64,000 nt of DNA from Rhynchopus sp. YZ270_cl-10 (taxonomy: Eukaryota), in contig OZ037846.1 in the NCBI GenBank assembly GCA_964035575.1, positions 1 to 64,000 of the forward strand, given 5' to 3'. Below, in pieces: positions 56,148 through 64,000 of this stretch (within the stretch, counting starts at the first letter, position 1; the number at the start of each line of letters is the position of its first letter). Position numbers and translations under genes: made by a program. The notes beneath the pieces are model-generated. The model did not search any database. It saw nothing but the letters and a program-made list of their open reading frames with translations, and was not told the origin of the DNA.

Positions 56148-57884
56148 CTACTTCACGGAACACATCTGAGAGCAACACACAACACTGCACGTCCCAGAAG
56201 GAACTGCGTGTGCTGGTGTGCCAACCCCTCCCGCAGCTGTCCATGCCTCAGCAACGTCAAGGTCAGACTGCTCACCACGCAGGTACCCACGCACCGCTGT
56301 GTTGTACTCCTCCCAATGCTTCTTCCCACCTATCATGTACATCCACTCGTCAACTGCTCTTGTTTTTGGACTTGGTTGAGCCATCAGTTCCGCCACAACC
56401 TGTGCCTCACAGCCAGAGGCAACCTCCACCTTGCACGGAAGCAGACGCAGCTGGTGTTCGCACTCAGCATCGCTGAAGCACATCCTGTTGCACACCACAT
56501 CACACCCCAGCATACGCCCCGCACGTTCCAGCCCGTTCACATCACGCACAAGCTCCCCCACCATGCTGAACCGACGCATCACCTCACAACCCATGTCACC
56601 ACGCAGCACCTTCCCAGTCGCAACACCAGCATTCACCTTCTCACAAAAGCTGCTCGCACCCTTCAGAAGCAGGCTTGCTGCGTGCAGTGCAGATGTGGCA
56701 TGTGTCGCACACTGCTTCGAGGCGTTGAACGAACAGTGGATCCTGTCCCCGATGAACACGTCCACCATCCCACGTCTTGTCTCTGTTGCCTGCAGGGTCT
56801 TCAGGAGGAGAGTGGTGAAGAAGGAGGAGTAGGTCGCACTGTCCTTCTCCAGCAAATGCAGGGTGTCCTTCACGTTCAGCGTCAGCAGGGTTGTCTTTGC
56901 CCAGGAAAGACCCAGTGGCAGGCACACTGGCAAGTTTGATGCTCTCGAATCAAACGAGTCTTCGCCTCTAAGTGTACTTTGCGTGGACTCCGACTGTTCA
57001 TCCACAACTCTGTCCACCTTGTCCACCTCATCCTGAAACGGCAGACACGTCTTCGGGAGGTACGCTTTGTACATGCGCAGGTTCTTCTCCAGTCTCCACA
57101 GGGCAGCAGTCATCCCCTCAGGCAGGTCACCCCCATGCACGTCCAGCATCTCCGCCACCTGCTCCACGTCGTACCCCGCAAGAAGCGACGCAATCTCCTG
57201 CACAACGCTGATCGTGCGCCTCATTGACTCCTGCTCCTTCAGCAAATTGTGCGCAAACCTGCGTGTCACGAAGAAGTCGATCAGGAAGACAGCAAGGGAG
57301 GAAAGGAAGCCAAAAGGGGGGAATGACGTCTTGCAGGGCAAGAACTCGCAGTCCGTCTTTTCTAGAATCACCGCCCTCCTGCTGTGTTCACCTTCGTACG
57401 GCAACAACCCAGGAAGGTCAAACAAGCCAAACCTGAAGGATTCCTCACATGCCATGACACACAGCCACACCACTGTCGCACCCACGAACCGTGCACTGTA
57501 CCGTGATGGGACTTGCATCACAAGCAACATGTCCACACCTAGGATCAGGAGTGGCCAGCCAACAAAACCATAAGTACGTGCGTCCAAATCCCAAATGAAT
57601 ATTCCAATGCCAACGAAGTACATGATGCCCACGACAAACGTGGTGTGCAGTTGCTGCTTGCAGAGCACCTTAACAACGGGAACAAACTCAGCTGTGACGA
57701 CGATGCAAGCCGCAAGTTGGTTAACAATCTGGTGTTGCATGTCGGTCCTCCCCTGATGAACAAATAAAAAAGCCAGAGTCACCATTACTGAAACCACACA
57801 GAACGAAAACATGATGGTGCGCTTCTTCACCTCGTCAGCACTGAGCGACCCGTCAATGGTCAGTACGCTGTTCAGGCACCGCAT
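56148..57884 (-). CDS. Multi-TM adenylate-cyclase-like protein (type B), probably catalytically inactive
   Basis: Shares the TM block VDMLLVMQVP..EESFRFG with type A; single cyclase-like domain TLLTLNVKD / FIGDRI / MVGELVRDVNGLER lacking the first Asp and the N/R. Confidence 0.85.
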   Translation of the reverse strand: MRCLNSVLTIDGSLSADEVKKRTIMFSFCVVSVMVTLAFLFVHQGRTDMQHQIVNQLAACIVVTAEFVPVVKVLCKQQLHTTFVVGIMYFVGIGIFIWDLDARTYGFVGWPLLILGVDMLLVMQVPSRYSARFVGATVVWLCVMACEESFRFGLFDLPGLLPYEGEHSRRAVILEKTDCEFLPCKTSFPPFGFLSSLAVFLIDFFVTRRFAHNLLKEQESMRRTISVVQEIASLLAGYDVEQVAEMLDVHGGDLPEGMTAALWRLEKNLRMYKAYLPKTCLPFQDEVDKVDRVVDEQSESTQSTLRGEDSFDSRASNLPVCLPLGLSWAKTTLLTLNVKDTLHLLEKDSATYSSFFTTLLLKTLQATETRRGMVDVFIGDRIHCSFNASKQCATHATSALHAASLLLKGASSFCEKVNAGVATGKVLRGDMGCEVMRRFSMVGELVRDVNGLERAGRMLGCDVVCNRMCFSDAECEHQLRLLPCKVEVASGCEAQVVAELMAQPSPKTRAVDEWMYMIGGKKHWEEYNTAVRGYLRGEQSDLDVAEAWTAAGGVGTPAHAVPSGTCSVVCCSQMCSVK

Positions 57885-59280
57885 CGTTGGGCTTTTGATG
57901 TTCACAAAACTTTGCGATGTGTGGAGCAGGGGTGTGTGGATGTGTGTTGTGCACTGGTGGGTGTCGTTGGTGTTAGGTTAATATGCAAGGGTCAACTGTG
58001 CTGCAGAAGACGGTGCACGGTAAAATGCCCATAATGCTCCTGCTGGATGGGAGTGAAGTTGCGGGGACAAAGGGAGGCATACACCTTCCGACTACGACAT
58101 CGACACGTCTACGTGTCTTGTGCACGAGATCACCTGGGGAATGGTGGAACGCGAAGAAGGTGCTGACAGGAAGTCCATCCAGGAAGCTTTGATCAAGATT
58201 CTGGCCTCCGATGGGCTGACAACATTGCACCTAAGTGGGGATCATCAGCGACAACGGGAGCAGCATCACCGGGTCCAAGACTGGCGCTATTCGTCCGGTT
58301 GCGGAAGGAAGCCAACACGGGTGGTGGGAATCCGTTGTTTGGTGTTGGACACACCTCAAAAGATTCAGAGCTTGGTGCAGGCCGCCCCTCAATAAGAACA
58401 CCCAACTGTAAGTTGATGTCAGACACCATCAGAGAGGTGCAGGTCCCGCCAAATGTGGGTTCTTGACGCAGCATGGAAAAAAAAGGGCATAAATGATAAA
58501 ACAAAGGTCTACGGGGGGTGCGTAACTTTGTGTATTAGTGTAAAATTTGACCGGCCCTTTGGGTGAAAAAAAAGAGTGAGGGGAGTTGGGTCCAGTCATA
58601 GGGGGAAGAGCATATTTTTTGGAAAATTCTTCAAAAAAGCAAGGATTTTTGCTGGGCACAATGAAATTTTCAAAAAAGAAAGAAAAATCCCAATTTTCGG
58701 CCAAATTTGGAGCAAATTATGTCCCACCCACCCCGATTTTGGGTCAAAAACCGACTTTATTACGATTTCGTAAACCAGAGGTCCTCTGGATGCATAAACA
58801 CAACATTGGAAATTGCAAGGAACGGGTCTGCATGTGCGTGTTCTCTAGCCACTACAGTCACAGGGTATGCACAAAATGACCGTATTGTGGCTGAATTTTG
58901 ACTTGCGAAATTTTTTCGCGAACATCTATTTCTGAGGTTTTCTTTGGATTCTTTGGGCCATTTGGCATGCGCTGGCAAGCCAAATGGTCTACGTCCTTCG
59001 ATGATGAGCTCTCATTGGATATTGGATATTGGATATCCCGCCTCAGATATGAAGGAGCAAGAGCAAAAGCGAGTTCTCCTGGATGCGCAGGAAAAATGAC
59101 TGGGGAGTGTTGGTGGCTGCGTGATGCCACAGAGCCGGCACACTTGTTGAGTGCCTAACAAAACCTCAAATTACTTCTTCTTTGCTTTCATTTATTGTCT
59201 TCACGCTTTATTGTTGTTGTTGGGTTGGGAAATTTGACTATTTTGAAAAGTGTTTCTCCATCATGATAAAACTCTAACTA

Positions 59281-59380
59281 CCGTCTTCGTAAAAATGTTC
59301 GACCGTAATAAAGTTCGTCCTTTTCCGGATTTTCCTGGAAGTTCGACCTTTTTTACGGTCGAACATTTTTACGAAGACGG
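59281..59380. mobile_element. 100-bp palindromic MITE, TA-flanked, CCGT ends
   Basis: ccgtcttcgtaaaaatgttcgaccgtaa ... ttacggtcgaacatttttacgaagacgg; relatives at 62295-62390 and in the lectin units (~30765, ~33945, ~38741). Confidence 0.88.
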
Positions 59381-59504
59381 TAAAGGTCCAACGAAGTTGT
59401 ACACGCGGCACCGCATCGTTGGGCTTTTGATGCTCACAAACCTTTGCTGTGTGTGAAGCAGGGGTGTGTAGTACCAGATGTAAATCTGAGCAAACACAAC
59501 AGTG

Positions 59505-61238
59505 CTACTTCACGGAACACATCTGAGAGCAACACACAACACTGCACGTCCCAGAAGGAACTGCGTGTGCTGGTGTGCCAACCCCTCCCGCAGCTGTCCA
59601 TGCCTCAGCAACGTCAAGGTCAGACTGCTCACCACGCAGGTACCCACGCACGGCAATGTTGTACTCCTCCCAATGCTTCTTCCCACCTATCATGTACATC
59701 CACTCGTCAACTGCTTCTGTTGCGTCACTCAGCTGAGACATCACTTCCGCCACAACCTGTGCCTCACAGCCAGAGGCAACCTCCACCTTGCACGGAAGCA
59801 GACGCAGTTGGTGTTCGCACTCAGCATCGCTGAAGCACATCCTGTTGCACACCACATCACACCCCAGCATACGCCCCACACGTTCCAGCCCGTTCACATC
59901 ACGCACAAGCTCCCCCACCATGCTGAACCGACGCATCACCTCACAACCCATGTCACCACGCAGCACCTTCCCAGTCGCAACACCAGCATTCACCTTCTCA
60001 CAAAAGCTGCTCGCACCCTTCAGAAGCAGGCTTGCTGCGTGCAGTGCAGATGTGGCATGTGTCGCACACTGCTTCGAGGCGTTGAACGAACAGTGGATCC
60101 TGTCCCCGATGAACACGTCCACCATCCCACGTCTTGTCTCTGTTGCCTGCAGGGTCTTCAGGAGGAGAGTGGTGAAGAAGGAGGAGTAGGTCGCACTGTC
60201 CTTCTCCAGCAAATGCAGGGTGTCCTTCACGTTCAGTGTCAGCAGGGTTGTCTTTGCCCAGGACAGACCCAGTGGCACGCACACTGGCAAGTTCTCATTT
60301 CTCGTATGTGAGGACTCTGTGGATGTATCTGCTGTCTCTGTCAGGTCGCGCCCGTCGGTCTCTGATTCCACCTTGTCCACCTCATCCTGAAACGGCAGAC
60401 ACGTCTTCGGGAGGTACGCTTTGTACATGCGCAGGTTCTTCTCCAGTCTCCACAGGGCAGCAGTCATCCCCTCAGGCAGGTCACCCCCATGCACGTCCAG
60501 CATCTCCGCCACCTGCTCCACGTCGTACCCCGCAAGAAGCGACGCAATCTCCTGCACAACGCTGATCGTGCGCCTCATTGACTCCTGCTCCTTCAGCAAA
60601 TTGTGCGCAAACCTGCGTGTCGCGAAGAAGTCGATCAGGAAGACAGCAACAGTGGAAAGGAAGTCAAGTGGGGGAAATGACGTCTTGCAGGGCAAGAACT
60701 CGCAGTCTGCCTTTTCTAGAATCACCGCCCTCCTGCTGTGTTCACCTTCGTACGGCAACAACCCAGGAAGGTCAAACAAGCCAAACCTGAAGGATTCCTC
60801 ACATGCCATGACACACAGCCACACCACTGTCGCACCCACGAACCGTGCACTGTACCGTGATGGGACTTGCATCACAAGTAACATGTCCACAACCAGAATC
60901 AGGAGTGGCCAGCCAACCAAGCCATAAGTCCGTGCGTCCAAATCCCAAATGAATATTCCAATGCCAACGAAGTACAGTACGCCCACGACAAACGTGGTGT
61001 GCAGTTGCTGCTTGCAGAGCACCTTAATAATGGCAACGAACTCAGCTGTGACGACGGTGCAAGCCGCAAGTTGGTTAACAATCTGGTGTTGCATGTCGGT
61101 CCTCCCCTGATGAAAAAATGTAAAAGCTAGAGTCGCAAATACTGAAACCACACAGAACACAAACATGATGGTGCGCTTCTTCACCTCGTCAGCACTGAGA
61201 GACCCGTCAATGGTCAGTGCGCTGTTCAGGCACCGCAT
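59505..61238 (-). CDS. Type B adenylate-cyclase-like paralog (B')
   Basis: Near-identical to 56148-57884 except for a linker and some TM residues. Confidence 0.85.
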   Translation of the reverse strand: MRCLNSALTIDGSLSADEVKKRTIMFVFCVVSVFATLAFTFFHQGRTDMQHQIVNQLAACTVVTAEFVAIIKVLCKQQLHTTFVVGVLYFVGIGIFIWDLDARTYGLVGWPLLILVVDMLLVMQVPSRYSARFVGATVVWLCVMACEESFRFGLFDLPGLLPYEGEHSRRAVILEKADCEFLPCKTSFPPLDFLSTVAVFLIDFFATRRFAHNLLKEQESMRRTISVVQEIASLLAGYDVEQVAEMLDVHGGDLPEGMTAALWRLEKNLRMYKAYLPKTCLPFQDEVDKVESETDGRDLTETADTSTESSHTRNENLPVCVPLGLSWAKTTLLTLNVKDTLHLLEKDSATYSSFFTTLLLKTLQATETRRGMVDVFIGDRIHCSFNASKQCATHATSALHAASLLLKGASSFCEKVNAGVATGKVLRGDMGCEVMRRFSMVGELVRDVNGLERVGRMLGCDVVCNRMCFSDAECEHQLRLLPCKVEVASGCEAQVVAEVMSQLSDATEAVDEWMYMIGGKKHWEEYNIAVRGYLRGEQSDLDVAEAWTAAGGVGTPAHAVPSGTCSVVCCSQMCSVK

Positions 61239-62294
61239 CGTTGGGCTTTTGATGTTCACAAACCTTTGCGATGTGTGGAGCAGGGGTGTGTGGATGTGTG
61301 GTGTGTGCACTGGTGGGTGGTGTCGTTAATGTTAGTCTAATAACGGTAAATTCTCCTCTTTGCTGCTCCTCTGAGGACCCCACGACGCCACATGCCATCG
61401 TGACCTGGTAAAAACGATAACATTGCACCTTAGCGCGAGCAGCATCCCGGGTCCAACACTGCGGGCTATTCGTCGGTTGCGGAAGGAGGCCGGTGGCAGG
61501 GTGCCGTTGCTAGGTGTTGGACACACCTCAAAAGATTCAGAGCTTGGTGCAGGCCGCCCCTCAATAAGGAACCAACTGTAAGTTCGCGCCAGACACCATC
61601 AGAAAGGTGCAGACCCTCTACTCTACCACCAATGTGGGCTATTGACGCACTCCACATATTATGGACTCCTCAACAGAAGAGGACTTAAGTTGGCTATGGG
61701 CATCCTGGATGACCATGTGGCGGCTGGCATCACCAGCCGGGCGGTGGATACCATGCCGGATACCATGCGATCGCAGAAGCAGGAGGATGACGCGATGCGC
61801 GATGCGGATGCGTGGATGCGGTCTACAGACAGTCCTCAACAGATACTGGGGAAAAAAAAAAGGTCGACACTCCTTCGTTCGTGCCAAGATGATGAGGACT
61901 CATTGGATATCCCGTCTCGTACGGAAATTGTCCCCCCGTGGTGGAAAAAGTGAGGGGGGGACAATTTCTCGTACTGTAGGGGGATGGCCGTTTTGGTGTG
62001 AAGAAGGGAGAGCAAAGGTTGTCCCCGCGACTCCCTTGAAATTGTCCGTGGGGGCAAAATGCCGGTTTTTGGGGGGGAACAATTTCACGGGGGAGGGTCG
62101 GTCATAATAAAAACCCCTTTCAGCTTTTCTTTAGTTGGCGCTACCCACGTCAGACACGCAAACCTTTGCTATGTGTGAAGCAGGGGTGTGTAGTGCCAGA
62201 TGTAAATCTGAGACAAACACAACAGTCCACTTCACAAAACACATCTGAGAGCAACACACAACACTGCTTCGGGAAACTGTCATTTTCCCATTTA

Positions 62295-62390
62295 CCGTAT
62301 TCGTAAAAATGTTCGAGCGTAAAAAAGGACGAACTTCCAGAAAAATCCTGAAAAGGACTTTATTACGGTCCAACATTTTTACGAATACGG
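62295..62390. mobile_element. Second copy of the ~100-bp TA-flanked MITE
   Basis: TA|ccgtattcgtaaaaatgtt ... aacatttttacgaatacgg|TA. Confidence 0.85.
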
Positions 62391-62430
62391 TACTATCATC
62401 GCAGGATAACGGCAGATGGTTTATGTGCCA

Positions 62431-64000
62431 TCAGGAGCTGGTGACGTCCTTGGCTGTCGACACCACACGATACGCAGAAGATGCCTTGTGCGCCACAATC
62501 ATGTGCTCGAGTGACTTCGGCAGTGCCCCACTCGGCAGCTCGTAGAGACACACATTGCCACAGCGCACAGCCTCCTCGCAGAGCGTCCAGGAGCGGCGCA
62601 CTGTCGACCCCATGACGGTCACGAAACGCTGCTTGCGTGCACCTACGTCACCATGCTGCACAACCCCGCTCACAAACCCGGCACCAGAGACATGGCTGCT
62701 GTCTTGGACGCGTTGTGCAAAGCGCAGTGCGGCTTCCATATGTGCAGAGGATGCGCGTGTCAGGTTCCATCCGATGCAGACGCAGTTCCCGAGTACAGAG
62801 ACAAGCGTGCCGCCGCTCTGGTCCAGGGAGACAGTGAGAATGGAGAGCCCTGCACTCATGTTGTGCAGTGTGTGTGCGTGGCCGTCCTCGCCAACAAGCA
62901 GCTCGACAACACCGAGCGTTGCGTCAAAAGGCTTTGGCAATGTCATCTGCCGCGCGAACTCCCTGGGGGACATGCTCAGGTTGCTCTTGTGAGAAGAGTC
63001 AGACCCATCTACACCTGCGCGCCACTTGTCGCGCAAGGGGTTCGCCTTACGTCCCGCAAGTGCAGCCGGCCACACACATAGAACAAACGTGGTCCCCGAC
63101 ACACCCTTCAAGTCAACTGCCTCCGACTCACCAACAAAGGCACGAAGTGACCCGCAGTCAGATGTCCACAGGTCAGATCGAATCGCCACAGCACCAGGTG
63201 TGCAACTACTTTCAAGGCGTGATGCGACATTCACAGTGTGTCCGAAGTAGTCCGTTCTCCCGGTCAGACTGCTTTGCTCCACAGTGACAGGCCCTGTGTT
63301 GATCCCAATGCGGACAGTGAGGCCACACCACAGCAAGCCCTGCTCAGCGCAGATCGGTGCGTCCTCCATAAGAGACGGCGGCCACTCCGCCTCGCGCAGC
63401 CGTTCGTGCACCTTCAGCGCAAAGTCCATCCCGTCCTGTGTCGTCGCAAAGGCAATCATGAAGGCGTCGCCAATTGTCTTCACCTCGTAGCCGCCGAAGG
63501 TGTGCATCACGTCCCGTATCACAGCGTTGTGGATGCGCAGCCCAGCACGCATCCCGTCAGGTGCAGCTTCCCAGATCGACGTTGACGCACGGATGTCTGT
63601 AAAGACGATGGTTGCTATCTCGCTGTCGAGCCCTGGCGGTGCCACGGTGGCGTGCTGCGCACCGCACATCTCGTCCTCTTCCTCAAACAGCGCAGCAGGG
63701 AGGTAGGGACGGTACTTCCGCAGGTTGCCCTCCATCTTGCGCAGCGTTGCGTGCATCTCCTCTGGGAGCAGCGTCTCCTGTACATCAAGCATGCGCGCCA
63801 CACCCTCCACGTCGTACCTCGCCAGCAGCGACGCAATCTCCTGCACAGCGTTGATCGTCTGCTGCATTGCCTCCTGCTCCTTGAGAATGCCACGTGCGAA
63901 GCCCCGTGTTGCTAAGAAGTCCAGCATGAAGACGGTGACTGATGTGGGCAGGCTCAGCGGCGGGAATTGGACGGGACAGGGCGGTCTTCCACACGACGTG
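62431..64000 (-). CDS. Type A adenylate cyclase paralog (A'), 5' part beyond the window
   Basis: Near-identical to 52884-55016; TDIRAST replaces TDILQST. Confidence 0.92.
   Translation of the reverse strand, partial: TSCGRPPCPVQFPPLSLPTSVTVFMLDFLATRGFARGILKEQEAMQQTINAVQEIASLLARYDVEGVARMLDVQETLLPEEMHATLRKMEGNLRKYRPYLPAALFEEEDEMCGAQHATVAPPGLDSEIATIVFTDIRASTSIWEAAPDGMRAGLRIHNAVIRDVMHTFGGYEVKTIGDAFMIAFATTQDGMDFALKVHERLREAEWPPSLMEDAPICAEQGLLWCGLTVRIGINTGPVTVEQSSLTGRTDYFGHTVNVASRLESSCTPGAVAIRSDLWTSDCGSLRAFVGESEAVDLKGVSGTTFVLCVWPAALAGRKANPLRDKWRAGVDGSDSSHKSNLSMSPREFARQMTLPKPFDATLGVVELLVGEDGHAHTLHNMSAGLSILTVSLDQSGGTLVSVLGNCVCIGWNLTRASSAHMEAALRFAQRVQDSSHVSGAGFVSGVVQHGDVGARKQRFVTVMGSTVRRSWTLCEEAVRCGNVCLYELPSGALPKSLEHMIVAHKASSAYRVVSTAKDVTSS

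Noticed and set aside
58470..58980. TIR element upstream of cyclase B
   Set aside because: The sequence differs from the B' upstream region, but I could not identify convincing TIRs or a TSD.

Overview
Eukaryotic, repeat-rich genomic DNA, most likely from a euglenozoan protist (diplonemid- or kinetoplastid-like). This is inferred from the intronless co-directional genes, multi-TM class III adenylate cyclases, a tRNA-Tyr with an 11-nt intron and a gag-YR-RT retroelement. Layout from left to right: (1) a 3.5-kb (GGGTTTGC)n satellite. (2) A cluster of 8 intact tRNA genes plus a tRNA-Val broken at a perfect hairpin; tRNA-Met and tRNA-Lys have C33, and tRNA-Trp has a U11:A24 Gln-like D-arm. (3) An apparently intact VIPER/TATE-like tyrosine-recombinase retrotransposon with overlapping reading frames, a 30-bp direct repeat and outer inverted repeats. 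(4) A Crypton-like tyrosine-recombinase DNA element whose right end is split by six copies of a ~760-bp non-coding element that always inserts at ATT and has asymmetric inverted repeats. (5) Non-autonomous palindromic elements with the same end architecture as the Crypton. (6) A tandem array of four secreted B-lectin+WSC genes with hypervariable, mosaic coding regions and MITE insertions. (7) A frameshifted DUF3638/DUF3645 giant gene. (8) An A-B-B'-A' cluster of active and apparently catalytically dead adenylate cyclases. All family assignments come from motif recognition by eye; no database searches were run.
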